The translations under genes and the position numbers were made by a program. A stretch of 63,591 bases of DNA, filler included, from Octopus bimaculoides (Eukaryota), in NCBI RefSeq assembly GCF_001194135.2. It is 10 parts of 9 records of this genome, joined end to end, with 100 filler letters (N's around TTAATTAATTAA, not from the genome) between each part and the next. Parts side by side here need not be neighbours in the genome. Positions count along the whole stretch, not along the records: positions 29,527 to 37,226 come from NC_068999.1; positions 37,327 to 42,978 come from NC_068991.1; positions 43,079 to 50,274 come from NC_069006.1; 7 more parts are not named here. One strand, written 5' to 3'. A model generated the notes under the pieces. That model was not told the DNA's origin, made no database searches, and saw nothing but the letters and a program-made list of their open reading frames with translations. Shown piece by piece: positions 37,226 to 50,274 of this stretch. Each line of letters starts with the position of its first letter. The stretch's first letter is position 1.

Positions 37226-38203
37226 TNNNNNNNNNNNNNNNNNNNNNNNNNNNNNNNNNNNNNNNNNNNNTTAATTAATTAANNNNNNNNNNNNNNNNNN
37301 NNNNNNNNNNNNNNNNNNNNNNNNNNGGGGGGGGGGGCGCAGGCAGGCTAGCATCGTGACCGGCCAGTGGCTATCCAACCGTAGCTAAGCGTAGGTAGTT
37401 TAAAACAATAGTTGCCTAATTGGAAGGAGGAAGTTAACGGTAGTAATTAACCCTCCCCCATTAGCAGCAGAATGGTTGAGCCGTTGGAAGAGGCAACAGG
37501 ATATCTTACACCGCTAGGTTTGAAAGTTTGGCATATTATTGTTGTTGTTGTTGTTGTCACCATCATCGTCACCATCACTGTTATTGCTACTAGAACATTA
37601 ATAACTTATATAAAATGAACTTCTACATAGAACCTTCCAATATATACAGGAATAACACACACACACTCAACAAAACTTCCTTTCTAAAAAACACTTACAG
37701 CTTTCTAGATACGGCTAATAGAGCTGATGCCACAAACAACGTATGTGNNNNNNNNNNGCTAATAGAGCTGATGCCACAAACAACGTATGTGGTGGAATGT
37801 TTGCTTATAAAAACTTGTATATGCACACATGGGAGTAAGGGGACATCCGATTATGGCTGTGCACACGAACCCACACATATATATATGCATTGGAGTGCCT
37901 ATAGCTACCTATCTATAATGTTTGTAGGCTTTTTGGGTGCCTTGTATTTTTAAGGGTTTTTTGACATATATCTTTTTTATATTTTTGCATGTCCCACATT
38001 CTATACCTTCATTTATGTATTCTTTATTATTATTATTATTATTATATTTTTTTCCTGCTGTACCCTTATTTCTATTTTTATTTTTATCTTTATTTTTATT
38101 TATATTTTGATTTTAATTTAATTTTTTATTTTTATTTCTATCTTATTTTTGCTGTAACCCCATTTCAAAATGTCATCCGATAATCACTCCGGAAAGGAAT
38201 ATT

Positions 38204-38250
38204 CGGATAGAATGGGGCTTGCTAAAACTAGGCCGAAACAGCTGTAAGAT
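38204..38250 (+). ncRNA. Decayed hammerhead-like motif at a probable PLE 3' end
   Basis: CGGATAGA..GGCTTG-ctaaaa-CTAGGCC-GAAAC-AGCTGT-A has a stem II and the palindromic ACAGCTGT stem III with a GUA triplet. The 5' core is damaged. Confidence 0.5.
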
Positions 38251-39099
38251 TAAACTTCTGTTCATCCTCTAATTCCTTATGTACTTTGTACTTCTATATG
38301 TAAACCATGTTGGCAAAATAACATAGTCTGCCATAGACACCTGTGCTCTGGTTCTTTCTTTCTTTTTCTTTTCTTCCTTTTTTTGTCACTTTTGCTATGA
38401 ATTAAATTAATGAATTCAACGGGATACNNNNNNNNNNNNNNNNNNNNNNNNNNNNNNNNNNNNNNNNNNNNNNNNNNNNNNNNNNNNNNNNNNNNNNNNN
38501 NNNNNNNNNNNNNNNNNNNNNNNNNNNNNNNNNNNNNNNNNNNNNNNNNNNNNNNNNNNNNNNNNNNNNNNNNNNNNNNNNNNNNNNNNNNNNNNNNNNN
38601 NNNNNNNNNNNNNNNNNNNNNNNNNNNNNNNNNNNNNNNNNNNNNNNNNNNNNNNNNNNNNNNNNNNNNNNNNNNNNNNNNNNNNNNNNNNNNNNNNNNN
38701 NNNNNNNNNNNNNNNNNNNNNNNNNNNNNNNNNNNNNNNNNNNNNNNNNNNNNNNNNNNNNNNNNNNNNNNNNNNNNNNNNNNNNNNNNNNNNNNNNNNN
38801 NNNNNNNNNNNNNNNNNNNNNNACACATACATATATGCATATATATACTGATATATATATATATAAGATGCAGCATGGAATTTTGTCAGTGAACAGGTCA
38901 CAGTCTCAAGGCGATGAAAATATTTTGGCAAATTAAATTTAAATGATGAAGTGAATCTGACAGTTTTTGTGTGTTTTAAAATGCCTTATAAACACCTTCC
39001 ATGCTGCAATTGTTTTTGTTTCAGCACACGATCTCACATCAGGTCACTTGCTATGCAATTACATCTCCGTAATATATATATACTTATATTTAATTAATC

Positions 39100-39330
39100 A
39101 GAAAATAGAGAAAACTTTAGATCAACAAACAAATCAATTGGACTACACCTGTAGATTATTTTTTAATACAAAACATGATATAACATTTATGTGACATAAC
39201 AATTCTTATGGCCATTTCCACTTCCAATGTCAGTCAGTGCCTATGAAAGAATTGTGAAAATAATATTCTTCACCTTCATAGGATATTCAAACTAGTACAT
39301 GGAGCTTCATCAGAGTGAATACAAAATGTC
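39100..39330. repeat. Dispersed repeat homologous to 58760-58985
   Basis: Both copies share TTTAGATCAACA..CAAA.CAATTGGAC, GTAGATTA.TTTTTAATACAAAACAT and CTTCATAGGATATTC...GGAGCTTCA.CAGAGTGAATACAAAA. Confidence 0.8.
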
Positions 39331-41049
39331 CAAAAAATAAACAAAAGGAAGAGGGAATGGGAAAGAAAACATGGCCTAGAGAAGAAGCTAGGAGGCCTAA
39401 TATATTAAAATCATACCATCTTCCATCATAGGGCTTTTAAGTCAGTAGGCAAAAGAGTGATCTAGCAATGGTCAAGGGAAAAAATTTGGGGGTTATTTCC
39501 ATATAAAGGGGGAACCAGGGTGTTTTATAAAAGTTGTGAAAAGAAGTTAGTTTGCAAAAAAATTATACAAGAAAATTGCTAACATGTCTAGAAAGAGAGC
39601 AGTACCTATGTTATCGTAAATAGTACTAGCCAATATTTATCCAAAATAATACTGTAGGGTTCTTATGATAGTGTACTTACTGAAATATTACAGAGAACAC
39701 TACCTCTTATCCACAATGGGGTTGACTGAAGGCTATCCATATCTACAATTGGTCAATTATAATTGAATCAAGGGCAAAAGTTAAAACCGTTTCAATGGAT
39801 GTGTAAATAAAAAAGAGAAATAAATAATAGGTGCTGGGGAGAAGACTATGATATAAGTGGTACAATGCCACTTATGGCCTTCTGCAACTTCTCGACATAA
39901 CATAAATAAGTATAAATAAATAGACAAATACTGTAAGACAAAATACTATAATTTTTTATAGTTAAGGGGAGACAGTTAGTACAGATTTTACATAAGAATA
40001 TATAAAAAAAAACCTATTAAAATAATGTTGGATTTTACATTCTAGATAGCAAATAAAATTCGAGTGGTGGTAATAATAGACAAACAAATAAATGTATACA
40101 TGTACCTAAGAAAATTCCACCTTATAGGTACATGAAAGGGCAAAATCACAAACCACAAGCATTAAAGCGATTAAGGTTTAAGACCAAATCACATGTTAAT
40201 CAGTACCATGAATATAATTCTCATGTTTCAACAGTTTACTAAATATACTTAATATGCATTACATTATCCTAAAAGTTAGATTGTTCATACCATTAAATTT
40301 AATGATTTAAAAATTATATTGACCCTTATGTGAGTGCAGTCATACTAGGTTCCCCAACAAATTACACTTTCAATCCTACACAGTAGACCCAAATTTTTCA
40401 AATATCTCCTGGTAAGTACAATTACTGTAGTGTCCAAGTGCAGATCCATACAATCTATAGTGGAGAAAGGTAACATTGAGTTCAATAAAATAAAATAAAT
40501 CCTACTGTGGGGTAATGTTGTTGCTAAGTCGATAGGACTATTAAGGTCTACTTTAAGTGGAGGAAGTCCATATTACAGCAAGTACATCCATGGTATAAAA
40601 GGTACAGGAAGATAAAAATAAAACAAAATAAATAAAGTTAAAATTTAAAATAAAAATTAGAATTTGAATTAGTTATTGGGGTTATAACATTGTGGTTGAA
40701 TATATATGTCCTCTGTGTTCTCAAATAAGTTCATGAATGAAGTATCTGGGATTTTTACAAGGGTTGGTTATATTAAGGAGAAATGGCTTAATTAGTATAC
40801 GATGTAGGTAGTTGATATGGGAGGGGGTAAGACCTAAACTCAGAATTTGGGTAAAAGGAGAGGGGTATTTAAATAGATACCTGCAAGAGACCCAGTATTG
40901 GCTAGTAAGCCAATTAACTTTAATTAAGGAGTAAATGCATAACCTTCAAATTATTATCAAGGGCTACTATTTCTATGGTGTGGGGTTCTTGATACTATTT
41001 TGGGGGTAGTATAAGGGTTTCTAATGTTATTTATATTTAGTGAAGGTGA

Positions 41050-42400
41050 ACCTCCCCTTGTGCAGGCAAGCTTCAATAGTAGGCTTTGTGCTGTTAGAAT
41101 GAAAAAAAATTTCATTAATGCAAAGATAACATTTCCTGTTTTTTTTACATTATATGAAGGTGCAGTGGTGAGGATCTCCCATTCTAATGTGAAGCTAATA
41201 TCACTATCTTTGAGTTCCCAAATATACTTACTTAATCCAGTTGAGTTAATTCTGTTTCTATTTCTAAAAGATTGTTGATGTGTGGCTAGTCCACGTTTCA
41301 TCTCATTTTGGGTAGCTCCCATGTAACTCCTTTTACTAAACTGTGTTGTGACTGTGCATTGGTAAATTACGTCCTTAATTCTACAGGTATTTCCGAGAGC
41401 ACAATTCTCCCTATTTCTACAGTCACATAGATTGTGCTGTGTGTGTGTGTGGGGGGTGCTTTCTAGTTGGGTAGAGCTAAGTCTATTGAGACTGATAGGG
41501 TTATTCTGGTTCTGAGTCTATCCTTCACTAAGATTGGGGTAGGTTTATTGTTTTTATTCCTACTATTACCACAGTCATTATTATTGTTGCTTCTATTTAA
41601 GTAGAAAGTATCTATCTTAAAGTAGAAAGTATCTATCCTTATTATTTTATTATTTATAAATTTTGAATACCTATTATTCTTATCAAAGTGCTTATTTATA
41701 ACATTAAATATTTGCTTAGCTAAATTGGTCCTAATTTGCATCGTAAAACAGAGTATACACCAGTTCATGTCTCTTGATTTACCAGTGGTCTCATCGGTAC
41801 ATGTTTATAATTGTTAGGGTATTGCATATAGTGAATACGTATAATATCATTAGTTCAATTATAAATACTCTGCTCATTTACACTGCCATTTGTGGTGCTA
41901 TGATTAGGTTAATGCCAGTAATATATTGAGTTGCTCCTATGGTTTTTTTTACTGTAGTCTTCATGGTTAGTGTGTTTATTAGCGTCATTTATCCTTCATT
42001 CACTTGCCCTCATTGTTCCACCTATTGCATTTCTGTTATTTTTGTAGTTACTCATATTGCTGCTAAATCTAATCCTATTAGTGTCATGAGCTATAGTTCC
42101 CTGTGTTTTATTACATCGCTTAGGTGTATGGCCATGTACTATATTGTTGCAGTTAATATAGTCATTACTACTTCTATTCATTGCATGCTCATGTGGGATA
42201 TATTTGATTCTACCTCTATAGCCTGAATCTATAAGTGCCTTATCATACTTAACCTTATGACTATTAAATATGCCCTCGTTAGAAGAGAGGTAGGAAATTC
42301 TTTTCCAAATGCCTCTTATTAGAGCTCTTTTTACTGATTGTGGATGGTAACTGTGATAGTTTAAATATGTGCTAATTCTATCTTTATTATTTTAACCTGA
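41050..42400 (-). mobile_element. Decayed Penelope-like element (Neptune-like): RT C-terminus, long linker and GIY-YIG
   Basis: YLNYHSYHPQSVKRALIRGIWKRISYLSSNEGIFNSHKVKYDKALIDSGY; TNLAKQIFNVINKHFDKNNRYSKFINNKII; CDCRNRENCALGNTCRIKDVIYQCTVTTQFSKRSYMGATQNE...NSTGLSKYIWELKDSDISFTLEWEIL. Confidence 0.92.
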
Positions 42401-42897
42401 AACTTCGTTCAAATTGTATTTTAAACGAAAAAGATTTGTTAAGCTGGTTTTTGCATATAATATACCTGTTAGCTTATATTATAATGGATGTAGAGTTCAT
42501 TATGGAATGTTTATTATTTTGATATTATTAATAATATTTTTCTATCTTTATATAATAAGTATTTTATATACATTCATTTGTTATTTATTGTTGATTGATA
42601 TATACATTCCTTTTTTATTATTATTATTGTTGTATTTTGACCTGAAGATTAGCTATATTTTTGCATAGAATTGATTTTCGATAGTTTTAATCGATTTTAA
42701 TTGATTAAAATTTTCTTTCTATTTGAAAATTGGTTATGAAACACGTGTAGTCATTTCATTATTTTTATCTTATGATATTTACTTTGTATTATATTATAAT
42801 TATTTATTGTGCTTTTACTTATTAATTTTTCTATATGTGACAGTGGAGTTTCAGCGATGAGTTCATGAACCTTGGTTCTTTTCCCTAAAACTATATA

Positions 42898-42942
<45 letters not shown>

Positions 42943-43078
42943 GCATACATCATCATCATCATCATCATCATCGTTTAANNNNNNNNNNNNNNNNNNNNNN
43001 NNNNNNNNNNNNNNNNNNNNNNTTAATTAATTAANNNNNNNNNNNNNNNNNNNNNNNNNNNNNNNNNNNNNNNNNNNN

Positions 43079-43277
43079 CTGTTCAACAGACTAGTGAATC
43101 AAACAAGAATTTAAAATCTAATTGGAGGGATAGTAGTAATTTCAAATTTAGAGGAAGGTAGATTAAGTAGTGATGGACAGCAGGTTAGGGGTAAATCAAG
43201 CATGAGGGGAAAAAAATTACTACTATCCCTCCAATAAGATTTTAAATTCTTGTTTGATTCACTAGTCTGTTGAACAG
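43079..43277. repeat. Near-perfect inverted repeat with 64 bp arms (1 mismatch) and a 71 nt spacer, starting at a contig edge
   Basis: 43079-43142 compared with the reverse complement of 43214-43277. Confidence 0.9.
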
Positions 43278-43309
43278 CAGCATAGTCGAGATGGTATGTT
43301 TTCTTCTCT

Positions 43310-43445
43310 TACTAGCGGTTCGGCAAAAGTATCCGATAGAATAATTACTAGGCTTACAAAGAATAAGTCCTGGAGTAGATTTGTTCGACTAAAGGTGGTG
43401 CTCCAGCATGGCCACAGTTAAATGACAAACAAATAAAAGAGTAAA
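43310..43445 (+). mobile_element. SINE family B 3' half
   Basis: CTAGCGGTTCGGCAAAAG...GGTGCTCCAGCATGGCCACAG tail shared with 16280-16435 and 55300-55450. Confidence 0.75.
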
Positions 43446-43579
43446 TGATTCGTTTATAGTGAAGAAATGATTTGTGCTGTTCGTCAGCTCACTCTTTCCA
43501 TGAAATGGACGTTGCACGGACAAGTGTTCAGTAAACAACAGGTCAGGTATAAAAGTGATCGCGGGGCAACGCGAGACGA

Positions 43580-43685
43580 AGCATTTTGCTCAAGAACAGA
43601 AGGCACCGCTCAGTCCCGAAATTGAAACCACTATCTAGCGATCGTTAGTGCAACACTCTGACCGACCACAAGGCCATGCGCCCTC
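43580..43685 (-). mobile_element. SINE family C head fragment
   Basis: The reverse strand reads GAGGGCGCATGGCCTTGTGGTCGGTCAGAGTGTTGCAC..., matching the heads at 51475-51585(-) and 62928(-). Confidence 0.6.
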
Positions 43686-44029
43686 AGAATGATAAATAGA
43701 CAAACAGAAAGACATAGATTGATAGACAGACAAGCAGGATGACTTAGATAACCCGAGCTTACAGAAAATGGCACCCAAGAAAAAAAAAAAAAAAAAAAAA
43801 AAAGAAACGAAACTAGACAAAATGCTAGATAAACAGACAAACAGAAATACATAGTTGGCTACATAGGCAAGCAATGACAGAAACTTCGAGGTTACAGAAA
43901 ATGACAGTTGCTCATGATGCACCGCGATGAGGTCGAACGTTGAAATTCTTAAGTGCGAAACGAACTTGTTAACCATACGGTCATAATTCAACCTACGAAT
44001 ATGAGAATCTAGACATTTACTTTCTACTA

Positions 44030-44700
44030 TTGGCACCAGGCCTGAAATTTGGGGACAGGGGGTTTGTTGCTCACATCGACCCCAGTGCTCAAGTGGTACT
44101 TATTTTATCGATCCTGAAAGGATGAGAGGCAAAGCTGACTTTTGCAGAATTTGAAATCAGAACATAAAGTATCAGAGGAAATACCGCTAAGCATTTTGTT
44201 CGGCGCGGTAATGATTCTGCTAGCTTGCCGCCTTTAATAATAATAATAATAATAATAATGATACTACTACTACTACTACTACTAATAATAATAATAATCC
44301 TTTCTACTAAAGGAACAAGGTCTGAAAGGGGACTAGTCGATTACATTAACCCCAGTGTTTCACTGATACTTAATTTATCGACCCCGAAAGGATGAAAGGC
44401 AAAGTCGACCTCGGCGGAATTTGAACTCAGAACGTAAAGACAGACGAAATACCGCTAAGTATTTCGCCCGGCGCGCTAACGATTCTGACAGCTCGTCGCC
44501 TTGATAACAACAGCAACAATCATAATAATAATAATAATGATTTCAAATTTTGGCACAAGGCTAGCAAGTTCGGGGGTAAGGGGATAAGTCAACCACATCG
44601 ATCCTAGTGTTCAAGTGGCACTTATTTTATCGATCCCAATAGGATGAAAGGAAAAGTCGACCTCAGCGGAATTTGAACACACAACGTAAAGACGGACCAT
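44030..44700 (-). mobile_element. Three head-to-tail family A SINE copies separated by (AAT)n/(ACT)n
   Basis: Copies at ~44030-44235, 44300-44505 and 44545-44700 each contain GGATGA.AGG.AAAG..GAC...GAATTTGAA. Confidence 0.85.
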
Positions 44701-45174
44701 ATCTCAATTTGGACAATTGCCGTGTCGAATTCTTTAACTGACAATCTATAATCAGTTTAATATGATAGATTTAAATTGTAGAATTGTAAACATCTGCAGA
44801 CTTTGTGAATGTTTAGAAAGAATTCTATAATTTGAAGATGGATTCAGCAGGTCTTGGTAACAAGATCAAATGTCTTGGCAATCAGATTAAACATTCTGAT
44901 AGTTTGATTGTTGGATTAAAAGTATTGGTTAGAAAGAAGAAAGGTATTAAACGCGTATTAATGAAAGAGATTAAAAAGATAACTGATGAGACAAACTATC
45001 CAGAAACAGTGGTTTATAAATGTTCGTGGCGAATAATAATTTGTATCTTACATTTACAAATGAATGAATAAATAAAATAAACATCTGGAGGACATGAAAG
45101 AGTTTTTTCCCAAAGAAAAATATAGAAATATAAAAACAACATGAAATGTAAGCAACACATGCATTTTGAAATGG

Positions 45175-45232
<58 letters not shown>

Positions 45233-45275
45233 GTCTATCTGTCTGCCTGTCTGTCTGTCTGTCTGTCTGTCTGTT

Positions 45276-45308
<33 letters not shown>

Positions 45309-45725
45309 TTATCTGCTCACCGGTCTGTCAGTTTTGTCTGTCTGTCTGTCTGTCCGTCTGTCTATATCTATCTGCTGGTCTGTTTGTTTGGATCACACTC
45401 CCTTCTTGCCCTGTCCCTTTTCTTACCCCACCCCACCAATATAGTGTAGACCTATCGCTGAAAACCCTGTCATTGTGCTACTACTATAACCGACACTACA
45501 ACCACGGCCACCATTGCTACTACCATCATATCATTTCACCCTTCACCACCACCACTACCACCATCGACGCCGCCGCCGCTGCCGCCGCCGCCGCCGCTAC
45601 CACCACCGCCACCACCACCACCAATATCAGTGCTAGCATCAACGCCGTCACCTCTACAAACACCATTGCGACTACCACTTCCATCGCCATCACCACCACC
45701 ACCACCACAAATGTCCTCATAATGG

Positions 45726-45779
<54 letters not shown>

Positions 45780-46075
45780 TCACTATACCCTCGAAACAGT
45801 AATTAACTGTTATTGAAGTTATTGTTTATCTAATTTCAGACAATTACACACACACACACACACACACACTCGAACACACATATTCACACACACACATACA
45901 CACACATATACATACATACATACATACATACATACATACATGCATTCACACACTCACATGCATATACAACCAAAGGTAATAATAATATACACACACATAG
46001 ACCAATACGTATTCATTCATACATTTATACACACATATATATGTATGTATATATATATGTATGTATATATATATG

Positions 46076-46136
<61 letters not shown>

Positions 46137-46361
46137 GCACATATATAAATACATACAAGCAAATACATGCACACACACACGCGCACATTCACACACAAAC
46201 ACATATACACACAGATATATATATATATACGCATCCATATACACACATAATACACTTATATACATAAATATATAGGCATAAATATATGTATATATGTATA
46301 TATATATACAAATATATACATTCTAATATAGGCATACACACATACGCTATCATACGTGCTC

Positions 46362-46399
<38 letters not shown>

Positions 46400-46450
46400 C
46401 GCACATTCACACACAAGCTCGCACACATACACATATGCACATACACACAC
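45175..46450. repeat. Microsatellite cluster: (ATCT)n, (GTCT)n, (ACC/GCC)n, (ACT)n, (CA)n, (TA)n
   Basis: Read directly; it explains the poly-Thr/Ala/Val and IYLS-type ORFs. Confidence 0.9.
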
Positions 46451-47399
46451 AATATGACCAATTTGTCAGTACCAACAACACCAGCACCACAACACTCCTC
46501 CCCCTTCGCACCAACCCCCCTCCCACTCTCACCCACCGCCCACTTCTCGTTATTCTCCTCCTCCCTGTTTTGTTTCTACAGTCTTCCTCTTACTACCCCT
46601 CTCGCTATCACATTTCTCCATTCCCCACCCATTCTTTATATTTGTAATCGATTTCGATCTCCGCCCACCAGCACCACCACCACCAGCACCNNNNNNNNNN
46701 NNNNNNNNNNNNNNNNNNNNNNNNNNNNNNNNNNNNNNNNNNNNNNNNNNNNNNNNNNNNNNNNNNNNNNNNNNNNNNNNNNNNNNNNNNNNNNNNNNNN
46801 NNNNNNNNNNNNNNNNNNNNNNNNNNNNNNNNNNNNNNNNNNNNNNNNNNNNNNNNNNNNNNNNNNNNNNNNNNNNNNNNNNNNNNNNNNNNNNNNNNNN
46901 NNNNNNNNNNNNNNNNNNNNNNNNNNNNNNNNNNNNNNNNNNNNNNNNNNNNNNNNNNNNNNNNNNNNNNNNNNNNNNNNNNNNNNNNNNNNNNNNNNNN
47001 NNNNNNNNNNNNNNNNNNNNNNNNNNNNNNNNNNNNNNNNNNNNNNNNNNNNNNNNNNNNNNNNNNNNNNNNNNNNNNNNNNNNNNNNNNNNNNNNNNNN
47101 NNNNNNNNNNNNNNNNNNNNNNNNNNNNNNNNNNNNNNNNNNNNNNNNNNNNNNNNNNNNNNNNNNNNNNNNNNNNNNNNNNNNNNNNNNNNNNNNNNNN
47201 NNNNNNNNNNNNNNNNNNNNNNNGACTAGTCTATGCCGCACTACAGAACCCCACACAGCACCACTTATGACTGCATCACGCTAAACCACACTACACAACA
47301 CATATGCTTCGTCACACAGCATCACTCTACACCACATTATATTATAGTATCCACAACACTACATCACACTATCATAAGAATAATGATAACCCGTCCTGC

Positions 47400-47540
47400 T
47401 TTGGGCACAAGGCCTGAAATTCTGGGGGGGGGGCGGAGGCCAGTCGATTACATTAATCGCCAATCTTCAACTGGTACCTCTCTTATCGACCCTGAAATGA
47501 TAAAAGGTAAAACTGACCTTGGAATGATTTGAACTCCTAA
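47400..47540 (-). mobile_element. Family A SINE, partial
   Basis: GGCACAAGGCCTGAAATT...CCAGTCGATTACAT...GAAATGATAAAAGGTAAAACTGACCTTGG. Confidence 0.7.
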
Positions 47541-47774
47541 TGAATAGGGAGAAACGCCGCTGAGCAGAAGGAGTGGGTTCGGATATGGCTTCCTTATATA
47601 TTTTGGAGCTTCAACACACACGCACACACACATCTACGCACACGCACACACACACACCCTCCATACACACACGTGCATACATACATGCATACACAATACA
47701 AACACGCACACACATGCATACGCACATCTATGCACACACGAAATATGTTTGTCACATATTTCAACTGCATAAGA

Positions 47775-48291
47775 GAGATTTTTTTCTCCACGGTAACTTC
47801 AGTGTATTTGCATTTAGCAGTTGAAATATGGAACAAACATATCTCAAATAACCTAAATTGTGCTCATACCTAAACACTGCTTTGCGCCAATGTTTCCTTA
47901 TTTATCTCGATCGGGCGATCTACTAGCGCAAATCAGTCAACGTGTTGACTGAATTATATATAAAGCTACAAGCTTTATTTAGTTCGTTTAGAGTCCCCTC
48001 TCTTAGATACATCTCATTGACAAGAGTCAAATAACTCGAGACATCGATGTCTGAGATTCCTGACAGATGGCAGCACTGAACGAACTGGATGTTTTCACAG
48101 CTTTTTATCATCAGAGAGATTTTTCTCCACGTAACTTCAGTGTATTTGCCTTTAGCGGTTGAAATATGTGACAAACATATTTCAACTAACCTAAATTGTG
48201 CTCATACCTAAACACTGCTTTGCGCCAATGTTTCCTTATTTATCTCGATCGGGCGATCTACTAGCGCAAATCAGTCAACGTGTTGACTGAA
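47775..48291. repeat. Tandem repeat with a period of ~340 bp, running into a gap
   Basis: 47775-47952 recurs at 48115-48291; the distal ~100 bp are identical and the proximal part has substitutions. Confidence 0.85.
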
Positions 48292-48787
48292 NNNNNNNNN
48301 NNNNNNNNNNNNNNNNNNNNNNNNNNNNNNNNNNNNNNNNNNNNNNNNNNNNNNNNNNNNNNNNNNNNNNNNNNNNNNNNNNNNNNNNNNNNNNNNNNNN
48401 NNNNNNNNNNNNNNNNNNNNNNNNNNNNNNNNNNNNNNNNNNNNNNNNNNNNNNNNNNNNNNNNNNNNNNNNNNNNNNNNNNNNNNNNNNNNNNNNNNNN
48501 NNNNNNNNNNNNNNNNNNNNNNNNNNNNNNNNNNNNNNNNNNNNNNNNNNNNNNNNNNNNNNNNNNNNNNNNNNNNNNNNNNNNNNNNNNNNNNNNNNNN
48601 NNNNNNNNNNNNNNNNNNNNNNNNNNNNNNNNNNNNNNNNNNNNNNNNNNNNNNNNNNNNNNNNNNNNNNNNNNNNNNNNNNNNNNNNNNNNNNNNNNNN
48701 NNNNNNNNNNNNNNNNNNNNNNNNNNNNNNNNNNNNNNNNNNNNNNNNNNNNNNNNNNNNNNNNNNNNNNNNNNNNNNNNNNNNNNN

Positions 48788-49075
48788 AATCGACTTAATC
48801 CCCTTGCTCGTCCCCTCTATGTTTAGCCCCTTGTGGGCAATAAAGAAATAAGAAACGTTAGCACGCCGGGCGAAATGCTTAGCAGTATTTCGTCTGCCGC
48901 TACGTTCTGAGTTCAAATTCCGCCGAGGTCGACTTTGCCTTTCATCCTTTCGGGGTCGATAAATTAAGTACCAGTTACGCACTGGGGTCGATGTAATCGA
49001 CTTAATTCCTTTGTCTGTCCTTGTTTGTCCCCTCTATGTTTAGCCCCTTGTGGGCAGTAATAGAAATAAGAAACC
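48788..49075 (+). mobile_element. Family A SINE, well preserved, preceded by the tail of another copy
   Basis: GAAACGTTAGCACGCCGGGCGAAATGCTTAGC...GAGTTCAAATTCCGCCGAGGTCGACTTTGCC...CCCCTTGTGGGCA; the tail is duplicated at 48788-48850. Confidence 0.88.
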
Positions 49076-49432
49076 AAGACTACGTTTAAAGGATTGTCTA
49101 TAAAGTCCACACTGAAGGCGTGTGAGGAAGCATGGAAAAAACAGTTTGGAAAGCAATGCTTGTCATCGCCACCAATGGAAGAAACGAACAAAAGAATGAG
49201 CGAGTATTTTTGAAGAAACACGTATTTTTCAAGTTGAACTTAAGCGAACAGTTCGAAAACACATGGTCAGTGTAATGAATGGGAGAAGCTTATATCTGTG
49301 GATGTGGATGTTTATCAAGATTTTGGCTCATTAGTCATCAGTGGAACTACAGATGTAAAGAATAATTTTGTCTGGTGAAACAACGTTCTTAATCGTCAGT
49401 GATGGCCTTCCTCGATCACAAGCGGACAACGA

Positions 49433-49473
<41 letters not shown>

Positions 49474-49626
49474 ATAATATTAGGGACAAACTCCAAAATT
49501 ACAGGTAAACCTATATATATATATATATATATACTTTTACAGGTTGTGTTAACTTCATGAAGGGATGGTTTCATCCAAGGAAATACTGGTTCATATTACA
49601 CAAACACATATACATATATACATGTG

Positions 49627-49935
49627 TGGAGGCGCAATAGCCCAGTGGTTAGGGCAGCGAACTCGCGGTCTTGGCTCCGGCAGGGGTAGTGGTGAGCCCT
49701 GCTGTACTTTTTCACCACAACTTTCTCTCACTCTTTCTTCCAGTTTCTGTTGTACCTGTATTTCAAAGGGCCAGCCTTGTCACACACTGTGTCACGCTGA
49801 ATCTCCCCAAGAACTACGTTAAGGGTACACGTGTCTGTGGAGTGCTCAGCCACTTGCACGTTAATTTCACGAGCAGGCTGTTCCGTTGATCAGCTCAACT
49901 GGAGCACTCGTCGTCGTAACCGACGGAGTACCACG
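49627..49935 (+). mobile_element. tRNA-derived SINE, family C
   Basis: GGAGGCGCAATAGCCCAGTGGTTAGGGCAGCG A-box head; the body is shared with 18290-18575. Confidence 0.8.
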
Positions 49936-50202
49936 TCATATACATGTATATATACACACAGCATATTAGTTATCAATGTGAGCTATTCCCTGCTTCCATG
50001 GTTGTTATGCTTTGTTAGACTGGACCAAGACGCTGGGTCCTGGGATGGAAATCGTAATCACTTTGTTGCGAAACCACCTTCATTACTCAGAGCAGCCATA
50101 ATTGTAACAATTTTTCTCTCTATTTTCCTCCCTCTCTCTTCTTTCTCTTGTTCGTTCTTCTTTCTCTTCCAATCCTTTTGCCATTTTTTCACCAATTCCA
50201 TT

Positions 50203-50274
50203 TCTTCTTCTTCTTCTTCTTCTTCTTCTTCTTCTTCTTCTTCTTCTTCTTCTTCTTCTTCTTCTTCTTCTTCT
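50203..50274. repeat. (CTT)n microsatellite
   Basis: Read directly. Confidence 0.95.

Noticed and set aside
44832-45071. 79 aa ORF and a CTGATGAG...GAAAC motif near 44982
   Set aside because: No recognisable domain, and the putative stem II does not pair.
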